From the NCBI RefSeq assembly GCF_963921235.1, contig NC_086097.1:50904001-50968000 (forward strand): a DNA stretch of 64,000 bases, read 5' to 3'. This DNA comes from Mobula hypostoma (taxonomy: Eukaryota). A model generated the notes under the pieces. That model saw only the letters and a list, made by a program, of their open reading frames with translations, was not told the DNA's origin and ran no database searches. Shown here piece after piece: positions 25,401-37,400 of the stretch (the stretch's first letter is position 1; every line of letters begins with the position of its first letter). The position numbers were made by a program, and so were the translations under genes.

Positions 25401-28400
25401 GCCAGAAAATAAGCAACTGAAAAGTGTTAACTATAACACCAAGCTAAAAATACTCAAAATTTTAATTCATTTTATCGGAAACATAATGAAACAATGGTGT
25501 GATAGTTACTCTACTAACCTAGAGGTGCAGATAACAAACAGGAGATGCAAATTCAAATACACCATGGAAACTTGATGTATTTCAACTCACATTTCCAGTT
25601 CCAAACTATTTACTTTACTGCATTTATATTCAGTTGCAGGATCCAAATTTTAGAACTTCCTACTCAACTGCTTTATGGATTTCTTTCATTCCATATTAAG
25701 GGGTACTTACAGTGCATTGTCAAAATCCTCCTCTTGGTGTGCTATGTGTCCCCTAAAACAGTGAATGAGCATTTTACTTTACTTTATATAAAAGTACTTT
25801 CCTTGGAACTAAATTAGCAAATAATAATGCAGTACTTCAAAGTAAAGCATACACTTTACCTTAATATTCACATGCATTTCAAAAAATCGCAATTTAAATA
25901 TATTGAGTAATCTATCTACCATCAAATCACGTCAATACACTCCATCTTGGGTACTAGACTACAAAGTACCCTGCTGCTAAGTTAACAAATTTCACGTCAC
26001 ATGCCTGTGATAATAAACCTGATTCTAGAATACTTACATATAAATGATTTAGAAAGATTTCACAACATCTGAACACACAAGGTTCTTTTTCTCCAAATGA
26101 AGTTTATGAATCCAAACAAGACCGTTATACAAAACAGTTATGCAGAGTTAATCTATATTTTGAAATTACTGTATACTACAGAACTTGTTTAGAGCCTTTC
26201 TATTAATGTTTAAAATAAAATTGTGCTAATTCTAATTCTACCCTGCTTTTTACAATTCGTGAGTTAGGAGGCATGCTGTTGCTCAAAACACCTTACAATG
26301 ACATACTAGATTAACACTTCAAGTTAATTAATTCACCTTCGCATTGGCCCTGTCTCAGAGATTGGATAACCATTTCAGAATCTGTTCAATTCACATGACA
26401 AGTAGAAAATTGAAAACCCAATTGTAGAGTCAACTGTTCAGGTGTTCTATGTTTTACCAAAATATAATTGATGGTGCTTTTTTTTTAAGCAATAAGTATA
26501 ACATTTCGTAACAGCTGTGAAAAGGATAAATATATTGCTTATAATCTAACCTTTTTGGCAGAACCACTCAAGTGTAGTTAGATCTTATTTAAAAGTTTTT
26601 TTTTGCTCAAACACAGTCATTAACAGAAAATTCTGCCTGGGTGTTGCTTGTGGTCACAGGATGCTTACAATACAAAATAACCACCCGAACCCCCTCTAGG
26701 ACCACCACTGAATCTGACATAAAACACAAATATATCAATGGAGACATTGCAGCCACGGATATAATTCTTGCTCAACAGATTTAAGACTACTACAAATTAG
26801 AACACGAGAAATGTACAAATTGTAGAGATGGACAAGGTACGCTTCAAACCATAGAGTCCCTTGCTTCACATTCAACTGTAACTGATCTCATAAAAAAAGT
26901 TCACTTTTCACTCAGTTAGGCTTTCTCCACATTTAAAAATCTCATAACCTCAAGCTAAGATTATAAGTGTTCTTTACATAACATTTCAAAAAAAATAATT
27001 ATTACAGTTTATGCTATTTGTATTTCACTTATTGTAATGCTAGAAAGCAACAGGTACCAGCACTGGTACCGTGGGTTGTTCTTTAAAGATGAAGGTGCAG
27101 ATCCTTATTGTGATCAAACTCCATGGCAAATGGGCAAGAAAATGAAACAATGGATTAATAAATATGGGTTAGGACTTGAACCGGAGAGCCACAGAGTTCA
27201 TGCAAAGAGTCAAATTAAAGATACAAATATGTCAAATGATGGATGACTGTTAATGAGTACATCATGGGTAGAAAATAATTCTACGACATATTCTATATCA
27301 AGTAACTGGAGGCTGAAAGAAATTAGTGGCATCAGACATGGTGTCAGGGATGGTTTGTGGCAAATATTTTGCTGAGTGAAAAGCTGCAGCTTCAGCAGAT
27401 ACTCTATGGAATCAAGGAAATAATTTAGCTGATATTTCAATACAGTGCTCCACTGTCCTACAGAATACATTTTAAGCATTTTGTTTTTATTTCAGTTTTC
27501 CAGTATCTAAGTATTTTCCTTAAAAGTCAACATACACAAAACTGATTTAAATGAGATTATTGTTGACATTCTTTTTGAAAGTGAATCAGATTGAGGAACA
27601 GGTTGTTGATTCAATAATGTAGTCAATGTTCTTTAGGTGGCTAGCCTGAAAAAAGGATCTAGAAAGGGAGATCCTTTAAAATAAGCACTATATTTAGAAA
27701 AAATTATATAGGTATAAAAATTTGTTAAGCAATTAATTTCCTGTAGTTGACACATGAATCTTATCCAAAAAGCAATGCCATCTTTAGTAGACTTTCTACC
27801 ATGCAATCATACAGTAAAATTGATACTATAACATTTTGTGATCGGACTTAAAATCCAGATGGATACAGTGAAAAGTCATGCACCAATTTTAAAATTTAAG
27901 TCACCGTACTTGCATTGTGTTCAATCACCCTTCAATTTCAATTCTTATAGTCTACATCACTAATTTAAGAAACAGTTGGGAAAATTTAGATCCCATTCCT
28001 TTCCCACAATTCATGCTGTGGCGTGAATGAAATCACCGGAGGGAGAGTTACTGGTATATAAAGAGCAGCTTCTTTATTCGACAAAACCAGGTTCAGCAGG
28101 CATCATACAGACAGAGATGCTTTCAGTGGAAAGGTCTGCTGCTCAACATGGGGCTTGATATTTATTTGCTACACACAAAGAGCAATTCATACTTACAAAG
28201 TATAGACAATGCTTTCTTTTGAAGCTACATACAAAACTTAACACCTGATTACATTCATTCGACAGATGCCAGCAGGTCTGCGCTGGTATTCAGTTTTTGG
28301 GAAATGCATTGCTACAAGCGGACTCGGATTCTGATATTCACAGCTTTTAGGAAATGCATTGTCACAGAAGACTGGTGGCTAAAGTCATTTGCTAAGTGTG

Positions 28401-31400
28401 AATGACTTAAACCCAAAAATTACTCTAACATACAATTTTACGGATCATTCGCCTGAAGAATTGACACATCCTTATATTAACTTACTTATTTCCTCCATCT
28501 GCAAATGGGCTCCACGATGACCCAAATCCTACGTCTTTGGTTACCTCCTGTTTAAAATATTTAGCAGTTTTCTTAAAACTTCTTTATTTTTATAGAAACA
28601 TTAACACACTGAAGAGTCCCTTTTCCAAAGAAAGCACATATTTGACATTTTTAAGCTGCTTAATATATTGTTTTTGGCAAATTAATTAAATTGTGCAGTA
28701 GATAGCTTTAGATCCATTAAATTCAGTTTATGTCACCCATTTACAATGACGCCATTTGCTAAGAGTAGATTTGCATTACCAAAGCAAAATGACACAACGT
28801 AAAAAGGATCTTAAACCATTGTCTAATTTTTATTTTGCCAAAATGTTCAAGACTGATACAGATAACTACTCTGGTCACCAAACATTGAGGAGAATGCAAT
28901 TTTGCAGAAGAGGAGATTCACCAGGATGCTGCCCAAATTGGAGAACTTTAGTTATAAAGGGTGGTTGCATAGGCTGGGCAGGTGTTCCTGGAGTAAAAGA
29001 GGCTGGTGGGTGACTTAATAAAGTACATAAGATTATGGGAAGAACAGATATGGTAGATAGTCTATCTTTTCCCTCCATAAAAACAGATGTTGAGATATAA
29101 AAAAAAACAGAAGAGCATAGGTTTAAAGCAAAAGGAAGGGAAGGGGTTTTAAGGGGATCAGAGAGGTAAGTGTTTTCTTTTAACAGAGTGGCTGATACCC
29201 AGAATATCTGACAAAGGTGATGTAATCAGATACAATTACTAATTTAATAGGCAAGACATCGAAGAATAGAGTCCTAATGTAGGCAAATGAGATTAATGCA
29301 AATAGTAAAAAAACATCAGCATGAACATAGTGGGCTGAAGTGCCCATTTCTGGATGCTCTATGACTCCAAAGGATTTCCTGGAAGGTGAAGTTTTGATTG
29401 TATACTTTTAGTGTGGGTGCAGAAAGGAATAATTGAATATGTTATGCAAAGCAACAAAATATTATATTTTATTGACAAAAATATGATTGCTGATCAATTT
29501 CTAAGAATCATCCAACAGTCCTGTGTAGCAAGTTGATTTGGTAAGAGCATACCCATGGGGAGAGGTAGAGAGATTTACTTGATTACAGAAATAATACACA
29601 AATTAACTTAATTTCTGAATAACTGAAGGATGAAATTCAGACCTTACCATTTCACAGTGAGCCTCAGTTTCCTTTCTCAAAGGAGGTTCAAACTGCATTT
29701 TGTCAACTGTAAAGATAATTTTTAAAAAATCAAATGCTAATTTCACAAAATGCAAAATGTTTTATGATACCCCTGTCAGTAGTTTGAATGGAGAGCATGG
29801 TTAATATGCACAGCCAAGCTGTGCACTGCAATATATTTATTCTCCAATGTCAAGAACACGTTATTGCATCAGATTGAATCTAAAACACCAGAATAAGTCC
29901 CTCATTCCTCTTTTGCTCTATTTACTTTTCTAAATTAGAGTAACTTTTATGCCTACAACTGCTACAAAACAAACTTCACGATGTGTGTCAGTAATGATAA
30001 ACCTCATTCTGAAGTTTGTAGATGGCACTAAAATAGTAAAGAAGAGAATTAAGAATTGCAGTAGGTAGGTGAACTGAGGAATGGCAAATGGAAATTAACA
30101 TAGATAAGTGTAAAGTTTGGAAGTAAACTTTGAAAGGACAAATGGTAGAAATTTTACATTGAACGGAATAACCCTGAGTACTGTTGTACAACAAAGGGAT
30201 CTTGGAGTACACGTGCATAATTCCCTTAAAGTGGAAGCACAGTTTGTACGGCCAGTGAAGAAGACACTTAGTATGCTGGTCTTCATCAGCCAGGACATTA
30301 AATACAGAAGATAGGAGGTTATGTTACAATTGAACAAGGCGTTGGTGAATCTACACTTGGAATATTGTGTTCAAGCAGACAGAGTTCAACCTGTAAAAGT
30401 GTGATGCAATACACTTTGGAAGGGCACACCAACAAACAGAGCACAAAGTTAATGGTAGGATTCCTAGCAGTTCAATCTATGGATCCCTCAAAGTTGTTGC
30501 GCAAGTTGATAGGATGGTTAAGGTGTATGTGTGCTGGCCTTCACTAGTCAGCAGATTGAGTTCAAGAGCTGCGAGTTAACGTTGCAGCTCTATAAAACCC
30601 TGGTTAGACCACACTTGGAATACTGTGTTCAGATTTTGTTACTCATCATAGAAAGGAAGTGGAAGCTTTAGAGAGGATGCAGAGGGAATTTACCAGGATG
30701 TTGCTCCAATTAGAGAACATATCTTAGGAGGAAAGGTTAAGCAAGCTAGGACTTCTCTCTTTGGAGCAACAAAGGATGAGGGATGACTTGATAGACGTCT
30801 ATATAATAAGAGGAATGGATTGGGTAAACAGTTATCAGGGCAGTATGGCAAATACAAGAGGACATACTTTTAAAGTGACTGGCCAAAAGTATAGGGGGAT
30901 GTCAGAGGTGGGTCTTTTATTAGACACAGAGTGGTGGGTGCATGGAATGCACTGCCAGGGTGGTGGTAGAGGCAGACGCAGACGCAATAGAGACATTTAA
31001 AAGACTCTTATAGACTTGAATGCCATTACCTTCTAAAAAGAAAAGCCAACAAATATAATTTACAAAGTTTCATTCCCAGTTGAGCTCAATGTCTTTTATA
31101 CTCGCTTTGATCAACAGAACAAAGTAAGCCCACATGAACCCACTGACTCAGTGATCTCAGTCTCTGAGGCCGATGTGAGAGCATCTTTCAGGAGGGCGAT
31201 TCCACAGAAGGCATTTGGCCCAGATGGTGGACCTGGCCTAGTACTGAAAACCTGTGCTAATCATCTGGAGTGCTTATGGACATCTTCAACTTCTTGCTTC
31301 AGCAATCTGAGATGCTCACCTGCTTCACGCAGACATCACCAAAAAGTATATGGTAATCTGCCTCAATGACTATCACCCAGTAGCACTTACATCTACTTTA

Positions 31401-34400
31401 ATAACGTGCTTTGCAAGATTGGTCATGAAGCTCATTAACTCCTGCCTGAGGAGTAACCTGTATCGTCTTCAATTTGCCTACCGCCACAACAGGTCAACAG
31501 CAGATGCCATTTCATTGGCCCTTCACTCAGCTCTAGAACATCTGGACAATGAAGATCATGACGCTCTTCACTGACTACAGTTCAGCATTCAACAGTATCC
31601 TCCTCTCGAAACTCACTTTTTAAACAATGGAACCACATGAGCAATACGCCAATCCTCCGGCACCATCCCCGTTTCCAATGATACTTGAAATATTTCTGTC
31701 AGAGCCCCTGCTATTTCCACACTACCTTCCCTCAAGGTCCTAGGGAATATCTTGTCCGGACCCAGAGACTTATCCACTTTTATATTCCTTAGAAGCGCCA
31801 GTACTTCCTCTTCTTTAATCGTCATACTTTCCATAACTACCCTTCTTGTTTCCTTTACCTTACACAATTCAATATCCTTCTCCTTAGTGAATACTGAAGA
31901 AAAGAAATTGTTCAAAATCTCCCCCATCTCTTTTGGCTCCGCACATAGCCGACCACTCTGATTCTCTAAGGGACCAATTTTATCCCTCAGTATCCTTTTG
32001 CTATTAATATAACTATAGAAATCCTTTGGATTTATTTTCACCTTTAAACTCTGATGTGAACATATATAGATTTTTTAAAATCTTCAACTTTGGAGCAACC
32101 AGTATAAATAACTGATGGAGGGAATAACATTGAGGTTTGAAATTAAGGTCAACAAGTTAAGAGATTTTTCTTATGCTTTTTTAATGACATAACAAAAAGA
32201 AGTTGAACAGGGAACCGAAATTGCGTGGAATTGAAAAAGCAAAATCTGATGGGATAATTGATGTCTGACAAATGATAACATGATCCCCAATACCATTACC
32301 TGTCATTATTGTAACTTCAGTTATTTGTGGGTAGCAACTTTTGAATTAATAATCTTGTTGCACCATATTAGAGGATTCAAATTCATTAGAGCTCCTTTAA
32401 ACTTATTTATAAGATGGAACACCAGGTGGCGAAAGTGCTTAAACATCCAACAAAAAAAAACCACAATCTCATTAATATCTGTCACACCAGTAAAAGATTT
32501 ATATGGCAGTATGTACAAGAAGCTTTGAAAATAAGATTTTAATTAATGGCCTGCATTGTGACTTATTTTCTGGCGCTAACATTCCTCTTTCATGCATCTA
32601 CTGGTAATTCAAATAATGTTGAAAAACAATGGGGAAAACGGCTTGATCAGATCAAGAAGTGATATAGAAATTCGGCCCATATTCTTCTAACAAGATAAAC
32701 AAGAATTAATTTCATTTCCTGATGTAGGTAATTTCAAAGCAAACTCTCACAGATAGCTTTAGCAGACATCCCACCCAGCAAAAACTCATTTCAGGGAGGT
32801 AGCACCCCCCGCCCCCCCATATCCCCACCCCCTCAGGTCAACCTCCAAGGGTGCATGTATACAGGATATTTGATTATAAAAGAACACAACAATTTATTTG
32901 ATCACATATTAAAACTATTTACACACACATATTATATATATATATATATATAAATATATAAATTCCTTGCTGAGTATTTTGTTGGCAGTCTCAATGCTAA
33001 CAGCTAAATGGTAATGCAAATAGCTTTTCTATTTCTTTTGCAAACTTTCCTTGTACTGTGATGTGGCTTGCTTGGCAGATTTGAGCATTTTGCCAGAAGT
33101 CTCAACCTCAGAGCAGTCTGTGTCAATGAATTTGTTAATTTTGCAAGACATCAGATTCGCAAGTGTTTTGTGAGACAGCTGACTTCTGAATTCTGTCTTA
33201 ATGTGACGCACCATGCTGAATGCCTTTTCTACATCACAATTAGAATTTGCCAGCACCAAAAGCAGCTTCATCAACTGGCAGAGCTCTTTGAATCTCAACT
33301 GCCTTGTGCTCACATATTTTACTTTGGACAGCTTCCCCCAGAACTCATCAACTGGCAAACTTTTGTAGTTTGGCACCAGTCCTTCAAGGTTAGTTGAGAC
33401 ATAATCCAGGACTTCCAAGTGGAGCTGTTCTCTTGCATCTGCCTTGATCACATTTGGAAATCTCTCTGCCAAAGTCAAAATCTGGTCTGGATTCACCTCA
33501 TCTTGGCTCTCTGTATTGACCACTGACAAATTTTTCACAAGATTTAGTCTCTCAAAAGAAACTTCTCCAAGATTTTTTGAAAGTACCTGACATGGAATGC
33601 TCTAGCATCTTTGAAGAACTGCTTTGTCTTGTAAGGGAGGATCTCTTGTGCTTACTCGCTTAGCAACTGCCTCCTTTCCAGGTACCCAGTAAAAAGCTCT
33701 TCATCTGGGCAGTAAATTTCAGGGTTGCTCACATCTATCTCCTGAATGTTCTGTTCTCTCAATACCTTTGGCTCAGTAAATCTCCTTGCTATGTCATGCA
33801 GGAGCTCTTCTACACTCTGATTCAACTTGAAGAGGATAGATGCCTTGTTTTGGAAAATCAAATTGAATTTGTCAAAACATTGTGTGACATTATGGAGAAA
33901 GCATGTGTATATTTTCATTTGGGGGTCTTTAAGCCTCTTCTGAATATGAGATGACTTCTGATTCTCACTCTGACTCAAAATATGAAATGAAGGCTGGCCA
34001 TTGGTAGAGCAGATGGTCCAAACTTTTTCCTAAAGAAAGCCAGCATATAAAACAATGCTTTTGTACTCTCTGCTGGGCAACATTGCAGAGCTCTTGAAAC
34101 TGTTTTAGGCCTTCTCTTTGTTTGGAACTTTTCTCAAAGTAGTAGTAGATGTCAATGAGCAGTTCTTCAGATGACGTTGAGAACTCCTTAGCAGCAGTTT
34201 TGGCACAAATGTTGACCAGGTGACTTGGACAGCCAATGCTGTAAATATGAGGAGCCTGTGCTTTCACTCTTGATAAGACAGAGTTGTTTTTGCCAATCAT
34301 CACATTGCAGTTGTCACTGCTAAATCCTACACAATTAGACCATTCAAGGCCTTTGTCATGCATGGATGATGCAATGCAGTTGAATAGGTTTTCAGCTTTG

Positions 34401-37400
34401 GCATCATTGCATGTCTACAAATCCAACTGTTCCCTAATCCTGAGTTTCATTCAAGTACCTGACTAAAATGGCACATGATATTGCTGCTTTCATCAACCAA
34501 AATACTGTATGGCCTTTTTTCTGTCCAGATGAACTTGTACGGATCCTCTGAACATACAGGTTCCAGTGCCATGTTCACAGTTGCTGCTGTCTTGGTTGAT
34601 GAGCAGGCACAGTTTTTTGCTATTTCTGTACTTATAGATTATATTATCAATAGACAATAGGTGCAGTAGGCCATTCAGCCCTTCAAGCCAGCACCGTCAT
34701 TCACTGTGATCATGGCTGATCATCCACAATCAGTACCCCGTTCCTGCCTTCTCCCCATATCCCTTGACTCCGCTATTTTTATCATGGAGTAGTTTTTTTA
34801 TTCTATTACAACTTTAAGCACGTCTACAGGGAGTTTAGCCTCATCACGTAGGACATCAATAGAGTGGCTCCTTAGCAGCTAGCCAGCTAGTTTAAATAAG
34901 GTTAGCTATGCTAATGAACGAATGACATCTGTTAAACTCACCTCAACATGTTTTTTACAGTCATCTGGGCAATAGAAAAGCCACTGTTGCAAACAGTGCA
35001 GCGAGCAACACTGTCATTATTTTTTACCCCTATTAGGCAGGGGTACACTTTAGTGCAGTCTGGGGTGAAGTGCATTTTATATATTTTTTTGAAACACTCT
35101 GCCATGGCGGTGCAGGACACGAAACTGAACTGATGGAGAGACAGAGGTCAACTGTAAAGCCCGCCCACAGAGAAAACTGATAGGTCTACTTAGCACAAAG
35201 ACAGACCAATTAGGATGCTCGCTCTCGATCTCGCTCCCGCTCTCCCTCTCAAAAAAATTAATTTCCGGGATATTGTATATAATTTGCGGGTGTCAGGGAG
35301 CTGCCATCAATATGCGGGAGACTCCCGGAACTTCCAGGAGAGGTGAGATGTCTGCTTTAGTGATAGGGGATTTATTACTTAGTGGAACAGACAGGAGTTT
35401 CTGTGGACAAAAATGAGATTCCCGGATGGCATGTTGCCTAGGGTGACGAGGTCCTACAAAGTGAGTTCAGAGAGTTAGGTGCTACTTTAAAGGACAGGAC
35501 CTCCAGGGTTGTGATCTCAGGATTGCTACCCATGCCACAGTGCGGCATATAATTTAACACGTGGGTAAGGAGGTGGTGCAGGAGGGAGGCCTTCAGATTT
35601 TTGGATCATTGGGTTCTCTTCCAGGGAACGTGGGACCTGCACAGATAGGATGGTTTGCACCTGGACTGGAAGGGGATTAAAATCCCTGCAGGAAAGTTTG
35701 CTAGAGCCGCACAGGTGGAGAAGAGCTAAACTATAGTTGCAGGGGGATAGAACCAGAGCCCCAAAACAGATAGTGGAGTAATTGTGAGGAAAGATGTTGC
35801 TAAGCCTACATATAAAAATCAAGAATCAAAAGATTGAACATGGTGGGATCAAGTTGTGTATTTTTCAATGCATGTACAAAAGGCAGATGAGCTTAAGGCA
35901 TTGATCTGCTTGTGGAATTATGACAGTGTAGCTGTCAGAGAAGCAGAGGCTGGAGAGATAGGACAGGCAGCTCGATATTCCAGGGTTCCATTGCTTTGGA
36001 CATGATAGAGTGAGGGGGATTAAAGGGGGGAGGGAATGTATTATTAGTCACAGAAAATGCCATGGCAGTGCTCAGATAGGACAGACTAAAGAGCATGTCT
36101 ACAAAGGCTATATAGGTGGAACTGAGGAATAAGAACACAAGAACATTATTGGGAATGTATCATAGTTAGTCTGTGAGATTTAAAGGAGCACATTTGTAGA
36201 GAGATCATGGTAGATAAAGCGAGAGACACTTAAGGAGGAAATCAGGAGGGCTAAAAGAAGACATGAGGTTACTTTAGCAGGCAATCCCAAGGGCTTCTAC
36301 AGATATATTAAAAGCGAAGTACAGCAAGGGACAAAATTGATCCTCTGGAGATCAGAGTGGACATCTATGCATGGAGCCAAAAGAGATGAGGGTGATCTTA
36401 AATGGATTTCTTTGGATCTGTATTTACTCAGAGACCATGTACAGGTAACAGAGGAGGTGGTGTTATTTGCCTTGAGGAAAATTAGAGTGGATAAATCCAG
36501 GGCCTGACAAGGTGTACACTTGGACTGTGTGAAATGCTAGCATAGAAATTGCAGGGACCCTAGCATACTTAGCCACAAGTGAGGTGCCAGAGGATTGGAG
36601 GATTGGAGGATAGCTAATATTGTTCCATTCTAAGGGCTCCAAGAATTAGCCAGGAAATTATAGGCCAGTAAGCCTGATATCAGTAGAGGGTTAAGTTATT
36701 GGAAAGGAATTCTAAGGGACTGGATATAACATTAATATAGGGATAGACAGAGACAGATTTGGGATAGTTAACATGGCTGTGTGCTTGGTAGGTCACGTCT
36801 AATCAATCTTACAGAGTTTTTCCAAAGAAGTTACTAGGAACCTTGATGAAGGCAAGGCAATGGATGTTGTCTACATGGGCCAGCAAGGCCTTTGACAAAA
36901 TCCTGCATGAGAAGTTGGTTAAGAAGGTTAAAAGGCTTGGCATTCAAGATGACATAGTAAACTCGATTAGACATTGGCTTAGAGGAAGAAGCAAGTGAGT
37001 GGCTGTAGTTACCTCTGACTTGTGGTGCGCTGCAGGGATCAGTGCTAGGTCCGTTATTATTTTTTTCATCTCTAATATCAACAATCTGAACGTTAATGTG
37101 GCACCAAGCTTAAGGGGTGAAGGTGTAGTGGACAGCTAGGAAGGCTATCAAAGTTGGACCAGCTGGAAAAAATGGCACATGATATTTAATGTAGACAAGT
37201 ATAAGGTGTTGAGGAACCAGGGCAGGATTTACAGGGTAAGCAGTAAGCCACTGAGGAGTGCAGTGGAACCGAGGGATCTGGGAATACAGATCCATAATTC
37301 CTTGAAAATGGCATCACAAGTGAATATAGTCATAAAGGAAGCTTTGGCACATTGGCCTTCATAAATCAAAGTATTCAGCTCAGGATTTGGGATATCATGT

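Noticed and set aside
26337..26381. Possible 45-nt exon (CAG...GAAG|GTGAAT) encoding [15 protein letters not shown]
   Set aside because: Open only as phase 1-1, while this intron is phase 2; weak pyrimidine tract and no recognisable homology.
26755..26762. ATATCC as a U12-type (AT-AC) donor for the candidate exon
   Set aside because: The sequence is ATATCCGT rather than ATATCCTT, and the next exon has an ordinary TAG acceptor with no TCCTTAAC branch site.
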